Below, piece by piece: positions 9,898-19,405 of a stretch of DNA of 64,000 nt. The notes beneath the pieces are model-generated. The model ran no database searches. It was not told the DNA's origin and worked only from the letters and a program-made list of their open reading frames with translations. The DNA comes from an uncultured Acidimicrobiia bacterium (GTDB lineage: Bacteria; Actinomycetota; Acidimicrobiia; Acidimicrobiales; AC-14), in assembly GCA_963836205.1 (NCBI GenBank), contig CAWIIV010000015.1, positions 32,001-96,000 of the forward strand. The letters run 5' to 3'. The position numbers and the translations under genes were made by a program. Numbering within the stretch: the stretch's first letter is position 1; the number at the start of each line of letters is the position of its first letter.

Positions 9898-11101
9898 GAG
9901 TTGGACGGCGCAGGCAGGCCCACACCACGCCGGTGAGGGCGACGGCGGTGCCCGCGACCAGAGCGGTGACCACGCGGCGGAGCGGGTCGCCCGGGATAGA
10001 CACCACCGCCACCGACGCCGTCGCGCCCGCGAGCCAGGCCGCGGCCGCGGCCCGGACCCGGCCGGCACCGGCCAACGCCGAGGTGGCGGTGAGGGCGCCC
10101 AGGTAGGCGGCGGTGGCGACCGCCAGGAGGGCCAAGATGCCCGCCCCCAGTCGGGGGCCCGTGCCGGTGAGCACGTCGAGGACCGGGTCGCCCGCGATCA
10201 CGGCCACGATTGTTCCCACGGCGGCGGCGACCGCGACCCCGACCACGACCGCCCGTCCGACGGCGACCAAGGCCGGGGCCGGTGCCGAAGTCGTCGACGG
10301 GGCGGGGACGACGGCGGCCGCCACGGCCGGGGCGACCGCGGCGAGGACGCCCTTCCAGGCCAGGGCCGGTGCGCGGGCGAGGACGACGGCCATGGCGAGG
10401 CGGGCGGTGCGGGGGTCCCCCGCCGGCGCCAGCAGCTCGAAGACGGCAGGGGAGGTGAGGAACAGGCCTTGCGACAGCAGGCCGGCTCCGGTCAGGGTCC
10501 TGATGCGCGCCGCCGCGCCCGGGGGACCGGCGGCCCCGGATGCGATCCCCTCCCCCGCCATGGCCGTCGCCACCACCGCGGCGAGGGCGACGGCCGCGGC
10601 CAGGGCCACCGCCGACGCCCCGACGTCGTGAGTCACCACCGCGGTCCCGCCCACCAGGACCAGCCGGGCCAAACCCTCCACCGCCACCGACGTCGCCAGC
10701 ACCCGTGACCGGCGCTCCCCCGCCAGTCGTCCCCAGGCCAGGTGGAGGGGGCCGTAGGCGGCGGCGACGGCGGCCAGGGTGAGGGGAACGGCGACGCTCC
10801 CGCGGAAGACCTCGTCCCGGACGGCGACGCCGGCGACGGCTACCACCAGCGCCGCCAGGGCCGCCCGCCGGATGACGACCCGGGCAACCGCCGATGTCGC
10901 CTCGCCCCGGGCCGCGCCCCGGGCCGCCTCCAGCTCGACCGCAGACCACAGGCCCGGCCCCACCACCACAGCCAGGGCCCATGCCACCGCCAGGGGACCC
11001 GCCCGCTCCCCGCCGAGGGATCGGGTGGCGATGGCGAGGCCGGCCACCGAGGCCGCGCCCGACAGGAGGGCGCCCCCGGCCACCACCCCGACCGACGCCA
11101 T
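9818..11101 (-). CDS. Multi-pass membrane protein, polysaccharide flippase-like
   Basis: About 12 hydrophobic segments; next to sugar genes; 3' end overlaps copCD. Confidence 0.55.
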   Translation of the reverse strand: MASVGVVAGGALLSGAASVAGLAIATRSLGGERAGPLAVAWALAVVVGPGLWSAVELEAARGAARGEATSAVARVVIRRAALAALVVAVAGVAVRDEVFRGSVAVPLTLAAVAAAYGPLHLAWGRLAGERRSRVLATSVAVEGLARLVLVGGTAVVTHDVGASAVALAAAVALAAVVATAMAGEGIASGAAGPPGAAARIRTLTGAGLLSQGLFLTSPAVFELLAPAGDPRTARLAMAVVLARAPALAWKGVLAAVAPAVAAAVVPAPSTTSAPAPALVAVGRAVVVGVAVAAAVGTIVAVIAGDPVLDVLTGTGPRLGAGILALLAVATAAYLGALTATSALAGAGRVRAAAAAWLAGATASVAVVSIPGDPLRRVVTALVAGTAVALTGVVWACLRRPTPTPAAPASSRRRGGPTPPPAPDPRPR

Positions 11102-11230
11102 CCGATCTTGCACCGCGCCACCGTGGCCGCACCACGTGGAGGCGCGCCAGCGGGAGGATGGACGAGGCCGCCGCCGCACCCCGACCGCCCGCCTGTTGGC
11201 GCGCCGAACCGCCTTTGTTAGCTTCTCCTA

Positions 11231-12025
11231 ATCGAACTCTTCGCCTTCACCACAGACCCCGGCCTGGCCCGTCGAATCGTCGATGCCGGGGCCGCGGGCG
11301 TGGTCCTCGACTGGGAGCGGCGAGGCAAGCGCCGACGCCAGGCCGGGTCCGACACCCAGATCAACGCCGACACCCCCGACGACCTGGCCGCGGTGCGCGC
11401 CGCCACCGGCGGCCGGGTGGTGTGCCGGGTCAACGGGTGGGACCGGTGGACGCCGGGCGAGATCGACCTGGCCGTGGCGCTCGGTGCCGACGAGGTCCTG
11501 CTGCCCATGGTGAGGCGGACGGAGGACGTCGACGCCGCCATCGACCACGTCGGCGGGCGTTGCGGCCTGGGCATCCTGATCGAGACCACCGACGCCGTGC
11601 GCCGGGCCGACGAGCTGTTGCGCCGGCGGTTGGCCCGGGTCTACGTCGGCATGAACGACCTCATGATCGACCGGGGCGGCGGACCCCTCTTCGCCGCCCT
11701 CGTCGACGGCACCGTCGACCGGCTGGCCGAGCTGGCCGCGGCCGCCGGCATCCCCTTCGGCGTGGCCGGCCTGACCGTCCCCGAAGGCGGCGACCCGGTG
11801 CCGTGCCCGCTCCTGGCCGGCGAACTGGCCCGCCTGGGGGCGTCGTTCACGTTCCTGCGCCGCTCCTTCCACGCCGACACCGCCGGGCGCGACCTCGACG
11901 TGGAGGTCCCCCGCATCCTGGCCATGATGAACGAGGCCCACCGGCGCGACCCCGTAGAAACAGCCGCCGATCGGGCCCTACTGGAGGCGGCGGTGGGCGC
12001 CCAGTTCGAGGTCGCAGCGGTGTGA
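11231..12025 (+). CDS. HpcH/HpaI aldolase/citrate lyase family protein
   Basis: VVLDWERRGK..RQ, CRVNG, EVLLPMV, ILIET, VYVGMNDL; plausible N-terminus lies upstream of first GTG (11300). Confidence 0.75.
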   Translation: MELFAFTTDPGLARRIVDAGAAGVVLDWERRGKRRRQAGSDTQINADTPDDLAAVRAATGGRVVCRVNGWDRWTPGEIDLAVALGADEVLLPMVRRTEDVDAAIDHVGGRCGLGILIETTDAVRRADELLRRRLARVYVGMNDLMIDRGGGPLFAALVDGTVDRLAELAAAAGIPFGVAGLTVPEGGDPVPCPLLAGELARLGASFTFLRRSFHADTAGRDLDVEVPRILAMMNEAHRRDPVETAADRALLEAAVGAQFEVAAV

Positions 12026-12942
12026 GAGCGCTGGTCACGGGGGTCGGCGGGTTTGTCGGCGCCCACCTGGCGGCCCGCCTGGTCGGTGAGGGGTGGGACG
12101 TCACCGGCACCGTCCGCCCCGGAAGCCCGCCCTGGCGGCTGGCCGCCCTCGGGGTGGGCGACGGGCTCACCATCGTCGAGGCCGACCTGGCCGATCCCGT
12201 GGCCGCGGCCGCCGCGGCCCGAGCCGCCGACGCCGACGTCGCCTTCCTCCTCGCCGCCTCCCGGGCCGCGGAGACGCCCGCCGACCGGGCCGCCACCGCC
12301 GCCCTCAACGGGACGAGCCCGCTGTGGCTGGTCGACGCCCTCCCCGACCACTGCCGGGCCGTCGTGCGCCTGGGCTCGTCCACCGAATACGCCGAGGTCG
12401 ACGCGCCGATGGACGAACGCACGCCCCTGCGGCCGCGGGGCTTCTTCGGGGCCACCAAGGCCACCGGCTCCCTCCTCACGGTGGCCGCCGCCGACCGGCG
12501 GGGCCTGCGGTCGGCGGTGGTGCGGGCGTTCCAGGTCTACGGGCCCCACGACCATCCCGGCCGGCTGGTGCCGAGCGCGCTCGACGCCGCCCGCCGCGGG
12601 TCTCCCCTCCCCCTCACCGCCCCCGGCCGGCGGCGGGACTGGGTCTACGTCGACGACGTGGTGGAGGCGTGCGTGCGGGTGGCGCGGGCCGATCACCTGG
12701 CGCCGGGCCAGGTGCTCAACGTCGGCACCGGCCGCCAGGTGGCCAACGAGGAGCTGGTGGCCGAGGTCGAGCGGGTGACGGGGCGCCGGGTGGCCATCGA
12801 CGCCCACGCCCACCCGGGACGCTCGTGGGACGCGTCGTCGTGGGTGTGCGATCCGACCCTTGCCCGCACCCTGCTCGGATGGGAGGCCAAGGTCGACCTG
12901 GCCGACGGGCTGGCCCGGTGCTGGGAGGTCGTCGACCGATGA
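12022..12942 (+). CDS. NAD-dependent epimerase/dehydratase
   Basis: LVTGVGGFVG, GSSTEY, FFGATK, RDWVYVDDVV, LNVGTG. Confidence 0.9.
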   Translation: MRALVTGVGGFVGAHLAARLVGEGWDVTGTVRPGSPPWRLAALGVGDGLTIVEADLADPVAAAAAARAADADVAFLLAASRAAETPADRAATAALNGTSPLWLVDALPDHCRAVVRLGSSTEYAEVDAPMDERTPLRPRGFFGATKATGSLLTVAAADRRGLRSAVVRAFQVYGPHDHPGRLVPSALDAARRGSPLPLTAPGRRRDWVYVDDVVEACVRVARADHLAPGQVLNVGTGRQVANEELVAEVERVTGRRVAIDAHAHPGRSWDASSWVCDPTLARTLLGWEAKVDLADGLARCWEVVDR

Positions 12943-13706
12943 CGGCCCCGGCCGCTGTCGATGCAGCCGCCGTCGACGTGGCCGCCGTCGATGTGGTTGT
13001 CGTCACCCCCGTCCACGGCAACGAGGCCACCCTCCCCGAGCTGGTCCGCCGGCTGGTCGTCGCCCTCGACGGCCGGACGTGGCGGCTGCGAATGGTGGTC
13101 GACGCCTCGCCCGACGCCAGCCTGGCCGTGGCCCGAAGCCTGGCCGCCCTCGACCCCCGCATCGCCGTCACCGCCCTCGACCGCAACGTCGGCCAGCACC
13201 GGGCCCTCGCCCGGGGCCTGGCCGCCGAGGACGAGGCCACCGCCACCGCCGCGGCCTGGGTGTGCCTCGACGCCGACCTCCAGGACCCCCCCGAGGCGGT
13301 GCCCGTCCTCCTCCGGCGCCTGGCCGGGGGCGACGTGGGCGCCGTCTTCGCCGGCCGCCGGGGTGCCTACGAGAGCCGCGCCCGGATGCTCACCGGCCGC
13401 CTCCACCGGGCGGCCCTCGGACGGGTCACGGGGCTGCCAGCCGACGCGGGCGCGTTCGTGGCCATGGGGCCGGCCGCCCGCCGGGCCGTGCTCGACCTGG
13501 GCGGGCCCAGCATCGTGGCCGCGATCGGGGCGTCGGGCGTGCCGGTGGCGTCGGTGCCGGTCGAGCGCGATCGGCGGCCGTCGGGCCATTCGTCGTGGTC
13601 GGCGGCCGGTCGTGCGCGCCAGTCGGCCCGCACCCTGGCCTGGGCCGCGGCCCACCGCCGTCAGGCGGACGCCGCCTCCCAGCGCTGGACGAGCGTGTCC
13701 GAGTAG
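12939..13706 (+). CDS. Glycosyltransferase family 2 (polyprenol-phosphate sugar synthase-like)
   Basis: VVTPVHGNE, VVDASPD, RNVGQH, LDADLQDPP; ATGA overlap. Confidence 0.85.
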   Translation: MTAPAAVDAAAVDVAAVDVVVVTPVHGNEATLPELVRRLVVALDGRTWRLRMVVDASPDASLAVARSLAALDPRIAVTALDRNVGQHRALARGLAAEDEATATAAAWVCLDADLQDPPEAVPVLLRRLAGGDVGAVFAGRRGAYESRARMLTGRLHRAALGRVTGLPADAGAFVAMGPAARRAVLDLGGPSIVAAIGASGVPVASVPVERDRRPSGHSSWSAAGRARQSARTLAWAAAHRRQADAASQRWTSVSE

Positions 13707-15082
13707 CGACCCGCGAACCGCAGCTCCTCCGACACCCGCAGGCCCCGCCCCCCGAGGTCGACGTCGAGCGCCTCCAGCTTCTCCCGATCGCCCTTCACCC
13801 CTCCCTTGGCCCGCCGCACCACCCAGACCGTGTCGGACGGGGGGACCGCGGCCGGCGGCAGCACCATGTCGGCGGCCAGGTCGGGATGGCCGGCCCGGAC
13901 GTAGTGGTCGACGCCGAGGGCGTCCCACCGGGCGGCGGCCACCACCGGTTGCCCCTCGACGTGGGCGGCGGCGACGGCGGCGACTGCGGCCCGGACGTCC
14001 TCCTTGGGCCCCAGGCGGGTCTCCGCCACCGTCGCCCACAGCGACGCCCCCAGCATCACGGCCAGGGCGACCGGCAGCAGGCGGCGGGGTGCCCGCGTGA
14101 TGCCCAGGGCCACCAGCACGGCCAGCCCCAGCACCGACGGGAGCAGGTAGCGGTCGACGAACACCGGCCGCACCGCCTCCAGCACCGTGACCGCCGCCAC
14201 CGGCACCGCGAACCAGCACGTGGCCAGCACCGTCACGTCCCGCCGCCCTCGGGTACGGATCCCGGCCAATCCCACTGCCGCGGCCATGACGGTGAGCGCC
14301 ACCAGCGGCCACCGTCCACCCGCCCACGACGTCAGCAACAGGCCGGGCACCGCCCCCCCGACGTCGGACAGCCACCACACGCCCGACGCGCCCACCCCGT
14401 TCCCGACGGCAACCGCCACCAGCGATAAGGCCGGTAGGGCGGCCACCGCCGTCGCCCCTACCAGCGGAACCGCCCGCCGCTGGCGGAGCACCACCGCCGC
14501 CACCGCCAGCCCGCCCAGCACCAGGAGGGCGAACCAGTGGGCCAGGCCGGCCGCCGCCCCCGCCGTCCCGTAGAGCAGGAGGGCGCGGGGCTCGTCGTCG
14601 AGCCACCGGGCCAGCCCCAGGGCGGCCAGGGAGACGGCGAGGAGGGCCAGCCCGTAGCCCCGGGCCTCGGCCGCGTACTGCACCACGAAGGGGTTGGTGG
14701 CCGCCACCAGTCCCGCCACCACCGCCAGCCCGGGCCCGGCCAGTCGACCGACGGTGCGGGCGAAGACGCCCACCGCCCCCACCGCCGCCACCAGCGACAG
14801 CAGCCGCAGCCCCACCTCGTCGGCCGGCAGACGGGTCACGGCGAGCCACAGGTGGGCGACCGCGTAATACGGCCCGTTGTACGACGGCGGGGCGTCCCGC
14901 AGGTAGGAGATGGTGCCCTCACCGTGGACGACCGCCGACAGCAGCCGGCCCAGGGGGACCGGCGCCACCTCCGCCGTGTACAGCTCGTCGTACCAGAGGC
15001 CGTGGTTGCGGGCCACGACCCACCCCCCGATCACCGCCAGCACCAGCGGGGGAAGCAGCCACCACCCGACCCGCGCCCACAC
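13661..15082 (-). CDS. GT-C membrane glycosyltransferase (GT39/ArnT-like)
   Basis: LWYDELYT, LRLLS, EARGY, DRYLL motifs with many TM segments. Confidence 0.8.
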   Translation of the reverse strand: MWARVGWWLLPPLVLAVIGGWVVARNHGLWYDELYTAEVAPVPLGRLLSAVVHGEGTISYLRDAPPSYNGPYYAVAHLWLAVTRLPADEVGLRLLSLVAAVGAVGVFARTVGRLAGPGLAVVAGLVAATNPFVVQYAAEARGYGLALLAVSLAALGLARWLDDEPRALLLYGTAGAAAGLAHWFALLVLGGLAVAAVVLRQRRAVPLVGATAVAALPALSLVAVAVGNGVGASGVWWLSDVGGAVPGLLLTSWAGGRWPLVALTVMAAAVGLAGIRTRGRRDVTVLATCWFAVPVAAVTVLEAVRPVFVDRYLLPSVLGLAVLVALGITRAPRRLLPVALAVMLGASLWATVAETRLGPKEDVRAAVAAVAAAHVEGQPVVAAARWDALGVDHYVRAGHPDLAADMVLPPAAVPPSDTVWVVRRAKGGVKGDREKLEALDVDLGGRGLRVSEELRFAGRYSDTLVQRWEAASA

Positions 15083-15143
15083 GCGGCCGAGGCGCCTTTC
15101 CTCAGGCGGGGTCGCAGATCGGGCGATTGGGTAGGTGACAGGC

Positions 15144-15872
15144 ATGGCAGTCACCCGCACACTTGCACGTCCCATGCTGGCCGCGATGTTCGTGTCCGGC
15201 GGCGTCGACCAGCTCCGGCGTCCCCAGACCAAGGTGGCGCAGGCGGAGAAGGTGGCCGAGCCCATCGCCCACGCCCTCCATCTCCCGGAGGACCCGAAGA
15301 CGCTGGTGCGCATCAACGGCGCCGTCCAGGTGGGAGCGGCGTCGATGCTCGCCCTGGGCAAGCTGCCCCGGGTGTCGGCTCTGGCGCTCGCGGCCTCGCT
15401 GGTACCCACCACGCTCGCCGGCCACCGCTTCTGGGAGGAGTACGAGCCCGGGCGGCGGACCACCCAACGCACTGCGTTCCTCAAGAACGTCTCCATGCTC
15501 GGTGGCCTGGTGCTGGCCGCCACCGACACCGAAGGCCGGCCGTCGCTCGGCTGGCGGGCCCGCCGGGCGACGTCGAAGGTGTCCCGGAAGGTCAGCCGCC
15601 GGTCGCACCAGACTTCGGCCAGGCTGGGCCAGGCGATGCACGAGGTGGAGAAGGCCGCCGAGACCGCCGCCCACCGGGTGGAGAAGGTGGCCCAGACTGC
15701 TGCCCACCGGGTGGAGAAGGCGGCCGACACCGGCGCCCACAAGGTGGCCGCCGTCGTCGGCCACTTGAGGCCGCTCGAGCTCGACCCGGACGCGACGATC
15801 CGGCCACCCCTCGAGGGATGGCCGGATCGAGAACGTCGCGGTTCTGGTTGTTGGGCTCGGCTCAGCCCTTGA
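15144..15872 (+). CDS. DoxX family membrane protein
   Basis: ARPMLAAMFVSGG, VPTTLAGHRFWE, FLKNVSMLGG, DTEGRPSLGWR. Confidence 0.85.
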   Translation: MAVTRTLARPMLAAMFVSGGVDQLRRPQTKVAQAEKVAEPIAHALHLPEDPKTLVRINGAVQVGAASMLALGKLPRVSALALAASLVPTTLAGHRFWEEYEPGRRTTQRTAFLKNVSMLGGLVLAATDTEGRPSLGWRARRATSKVSRKVSRRSHQTSARLGQAMHEVEKAAETAAHRVEKVAQTAAHRVEKAADTGAHKVAAVVGHLRPLELDPDATIRPPLEGWPDRERRGSGCWARLSP

Positions 15873-16671
15873 GCTTGCCGATGGCCCCCATGGCCGCGTC
15901 CATCAGGTTGCCGCCACCGGCACCGCCGGTGAGGCCGCTGACCATGCCCATGGCCTGGTCGAGGAATGGCTTGACCATCTCGCCCGCCTGGCCCAGAATG
16001 GCCGTGGCGCCGCCGAGGTCGATGCCGGCGAGGCCGCCACCGCCGCCGCTGAGCAGGCCGGACGCCTGGTCGAGGAGCGGCTTGGCCATGCCTGTGGCCT
16101 TGCCCAGCAGGTCGCCGCCGCCGCCCCCGCTGATGAGGCCCATGCCCGACTCGAGCAGGGGCTTGGCCATCTCCTGGAGCTGGTTGAGCAGGTCGGAGGC
16201 TCCACCCAGTCCGCCGCTCATGAGGGTGTTGACTGCACCCGAGCTCTCGTCGAGCAGAGGCTTGACGACACCGGCGGCCTTGCTCAGCAGGGCGGTGACC
16301 CCTTCGAGGCCTCCGGCGCCGCCGAGCAATCCCGTGGCCTGTCCGAGGAGGGGCTTGACCATCTCCATGCCCTGGCCGAGGAGGGGCTTGGCCATCTGCA
16401 TGCCCTGGGAGATCATGGGGCCGGCCATGGCCTGGGCCTGCTCCATCATGGGAACGATGCTCTGGAGGTTGAGACCGCCCAGGTTGAGGCTGCCGAGCGC
16501 ACCCATCCCCGGGAGCCCGCTGAGGAAATCGAGCGGGTTGGCTCCACCGCCGCCTCCACCCGAGTCCTCGGCAGGCGGCCCCCCGCTCGCCGCTGCTTCT
16601 GACCTGGGCGCAGGCGCCTCCAGGCCCTTCTTGGATCGAGCTGCCGCGACCGCTTCCGACATTGAGCCCAT
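15862..16671 (-). CDS. Gly/Met-rich repeat protein
   Basis: AAAGGAG RBS before ATG 16671; six (M/V)(A/V)KP(L/F)L repeats. Confidence 0.7.
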   Translation of the reverse strand: MGSMSEAVAAARSKKGLEAPAPRSEAAASGGPPAEDSGGGGGGANPLDFLSGLPGMGALGSLNLGGLNLQSIVPMMEQAQAMAGPMISQGMQMAKPLLGQGMEMVKPLLGQATGLLGGAGGLEGVTALLSKAAGVVKPLLDESSGAVNTLMSGGLGGASDLLNQLQEMAKPLLESGMGLISGGGGGDLLGKATGMAKPLLDQASGLLSGGGGGLAGIDLGGATAILGQAGEMVKPFLDQAMGMVSGLTGGAGGGNLMDAAMGAIGKLKG

Positions 16672-16730
16672 CCCGGTCTCCTTTCCGGCGGGTTTCACGC
16701 CGAGTACGTGGGTGGCTATTCGCGTTCAAT

Positions 16731-17540
16731 CTATGTCTCTCCGGCGCGCCGCTCCAAGCTCTTGGGGTTGGAATTTGGCACGATGCGGACGATGTAGGTG
16801 CGAACGGCCGCCGGAAGCGGTCGATCGGGGTAGGCGTAGGTGAAGCAGAGGGTGGACGCGCCGAACGACTGGGCCGCCAGCCGGACCAACTGATGAGGGA
16901 AATCGCCGGGCTCGTACTCCTCGTCGACCACGGTGAGGGCCCGTCCCACCATCTCCATCCGCCACGCCTGGCGCTCGCCCGGAGGGATGGGGAGCCGGAG
17001 GTCGAAGGTGGAGTCGGCGGCCACGTCGAGGACCTTGAGTGATCGCTCGGTGGGCATGTCGAGCGGCGGCGGTCCCGGGATCATGACCTCGGGACCCTGG
17101 GCCGTGCCGTCGGCCTCGTCGTCGCCCGCTCGGGGGCGGAAGGGCCGGACCTCGAGGCTGGGGTCGTAGCCCTCGGGCGCCGGCTTCGGGAAGGGGTCGA
17201 TCCAGATGCGGCCGTCACGCTCCTCCACCGCGAAGCACGGGAGGTAGCCCGGCTTCAGCTTCCAGAGGTTCTCCCGCTTGGCGGTGCAGGCGGGCACCAC
17301 GTTGCTCCCGGTCTTGGGGTCGTAGAGGTAGCGGTGCCGGGGGCAGCTGACGAGGCCGTCGACGATGGTGGAGGTGTCGAGCTCGGTGACCTGGTGGGGA
17401 CAGGTGCCGTCGAAGGCCACCACCTCGCCGTCGGCCAACCGGGCCACCAGTACGTAGGTGTCGACCACCCGGACCCGGCGGATGGCGGTGTCGGCCCCTT
17501 CACCGGCGGGCAGCTCGTCGCTCCTCAACGTCGGGAACAC
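16731..17540 (-). CDS. Rieske 2Fe-2S protein with C-terminal beta-sandwich domain
   Basis: CPH..CPRH ligands; TAGACT -10 six nt before GTG. Confidence 0.8.
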   Translation of the reverse strand: MFPTLRSDELPAGEGADTAIRRVRVVDTYVLVARLADGEVVAFDGTCPHQVTELDTSTIVDGLVSCPRHRYLYDPKTGSNVVPACTAKRENLWKLKPGYLPCFAVEERDGRIWIDPFPKPAPEGYDPSLEVRPFRPRAGDDEADGTAQGPEVMIPGPPPLDMPTERSLKVLDVAADSTFDLRLPIPPGERQAWRMEMVGRALTVVDEEYEPGDFPHQLVRLAAQSFGASTLCFTYAYPDRPLPAAVRTYIVRIVPNSNPKSLERRAGET

Positions 17541-17567
17541 CCAGGGAGTCTACGGACGCGGCCCGCG

Positions 17568-17804
17568 CTACCTGGTCGCCCGGCTCACGGCACGGCGCGA
17601 CCGCCAAGGCCGTGGCACCCAGAACAGGACCTCGCGGCCGGTCTCGATATGCGCGCCCAGCCGGGTCGCGGGAGGCGGCGTCAGCTCCCGCCAGCCGTCG
17701 GCGGCGGCGGCCTGGTGGACCCGGATGCCCGTCGGCTGGTAGTCGTCGGGTTCGGACGGCAGGGCAAGAGGCTCGGTGCCCGCCGGCGTTGCGTCGTCAC
17801 CCAT
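17568..17804 (-). CDS. Hypothetical protein
   Basis: Short ORF overlapping the stop of the PEP-utilising gene; no motif. Confidence 0.3.
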   Translation of the reverse strand: MGDDATPAGTEPLALPSEPDDYQPTGIRVHQAAAADGWRELTPPPATRLGAHIETGREVLFWVPRPWRSRRAVSRATR

Positions 17805-19395
17805 AGGACGTACGAGCGGCCGTCGAGGTCGACAGGGAGTTCTCGGCGAGGAAGGCGGTGGCAGAGAAGGTGGGGCCGAGGAGCGCCCGGCCCAGCCGTT
17901 CCAGGGCCTCGAGCTCGGCCGGAGCGACGGAGCACGAGGTGACTCGGGTCGCCCGGGCGCCGAGGGCGCGGGCGTAGGAGCGCGCGATCCGTCTCGCCTC
18001 CTCCGGCGGGTTCCCGGGGCGGCCCTCGGCCAGGAGGCGGAGAAGGAGCTCGAGGGCACTGATGGTCGCCTCCGCCGGCGGGGGCGTTCGTTCGGCCGAG
18101 GCGGGGGTGACGGGGGCGTCGTCGAGGATCTCGACCTCGCCCGACCCGCCGTCGACGGCCACCCGCCTCCCGTCGAAGCGGGCGAGGGCGCCGTCGATCC
18201 CGCAGACGAACGGGACTCCGAGCTCCCGGCAGAGGATGGCGACGTGGCTGAGGGGAGACGCGTCCTGCTCCATGACGACGCCCGCGTGGCCGAGCACGAT
18301 CCCGAAGTCGGCCGTGGTCAGGCGGCCCACCAGTGCGATGCCCGGCCCGTCCCCGGAGCCCACCTCCCCCGCCCGGGCGTCGACAGCGGTTCCCACCGCC
18401 CGGCCCCCGGCGCACGCCCGTCCCCGCAGCCGGCCCGCGGCACCGGCACCGGCGTCGGCGTCGGCGCCGGTCGCCGAAGCCGCGGCCCGGTGGGTGATGG
18501 GCCGGCACTGCAGGATCACGGGCTCACCCCCGTCCCCCGGCAGGGCGAACTCCACGTCGACCTCGGCGTCGAGGTGCGCACCGAGGATCAAGGCGGCCCG
18601 GTGCACCGCTTCCAGGGACTCCCCCACCGCCGGGTCCCCGTCGATCCCTGACCACTGCTCGCCCTCGCGCCGGGCCCGCAACGTGGCCCGGGCCCCGTCG
18701 ACCAGGGCCGACGGTCCCTCGTCGCTCAGGTCGGCCAACGGTCCACCGAGACCGGTGAGGGGGTCGGCGCTCACGTACACGCCGTACCAGGCCGCCTCGA
18801 CCTGGGCCTGGAGGAGCACGGCGATGGAGAAGTCGACCGGCTCCGTCCGCAGCCGCAGGAGGTAGCGGATGGCGTCGGCGGAGAAGGCCGAGCGCCAGCA
18901 GCCGACGATGGCCGCCGCCACCGCCGCGGGCGAGGCCAGGTCGAGGGCGCTGACGAACACACCGGGGAAGGCGGCCGTGGGGCCATCCTCCATCGCCGCC
19001 GACGACCGGCAGACGACCCGGGGGTCGCCCAGCCGGGACCACGCGGCCTGGGCCGCGGCCGCGGCCTGAGCGTCCACCGCCGGGCAGAGCATCGCCTCTC
19101 GGATGGCGGCGGCCAGTTCGAGGACGTGGCGGGGGTCGAGGCGGAGGGCGGCGGTCTGGAGGTAGTCCGCCTGGCGGCCGACACCGGCCGCCTCCAGCGC
19201 GGCCCGGAACCGCTCCGCCGGCACCACCCACCCGCCCGGGGTCACCAGCCCGGCAGCCGCGGCCCAGCCCAGGAGGACGGCCTTGCGCCCCACCCTCGCC
19301 GCGGACTCCTCGGCGCAGTCCGCCAGCGGGAGCAGGCCCCCCGGGGCCACCTCCGGCTTCTGGTTCGGGACGGGCCGGCCGGCGGGTACCGTCAC
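17797..19395 (-). CDS. PEP-synthase/PPDK-like ATP-grasp plus phospho-His swivel domain protein
   Basis: VGRKA, VCRSSAAMED..AFPGVF, DVEFAL..ILQCRPIT, SHVAILCRELGVPFV, VDGGSG. Confidence 0.85.
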   Translation of the reverse strand: MTVPAGRPVPNQKPEVAPGGLLPLADCAEESAARVGRKAVLLGWAAAAGLVTPGGWVVPAERFRAALEAAGVGRQADYLQTAALRLDPRHVLELAAAIREAMLCPAVDAQAAAAAQAAWSRLGDPRVVCRSSAAMEDGPTAAFPGVFVSALDLASPAAVAAAIVGCWRSAFSADAIRYLLRLRTEPVDFSIAVLLQAQVEAAWYGVYVSADPLTGLGGPLADLSDEGPSALVDGARATLRARREGEQWSGIDGDPAVGESLEAVHRAALILGAHLDAEVDVEFALPGDGGEPVILQCRPITHRAAASATGADADAGAGAAGRLRGRACAGGRAVGTAVDARAGEVGSGDGPGIALVGRLTTADFGIVLGHAGVVMEQDASPLSHVAILCRELGVPFVCGIDGALARFDGRRVAVDGGSGEVEILDDAPVTPASAERTPPPAEATISALELLLRLLAEGRPGNPPEEARRIARSYARALGARATRVTSCSVAPAELEALERLGRALLGPTFSATAFLAENSLSTSTAARTSYG

Positions 19396-19405
19396 GTCGC
19401 CCGCA

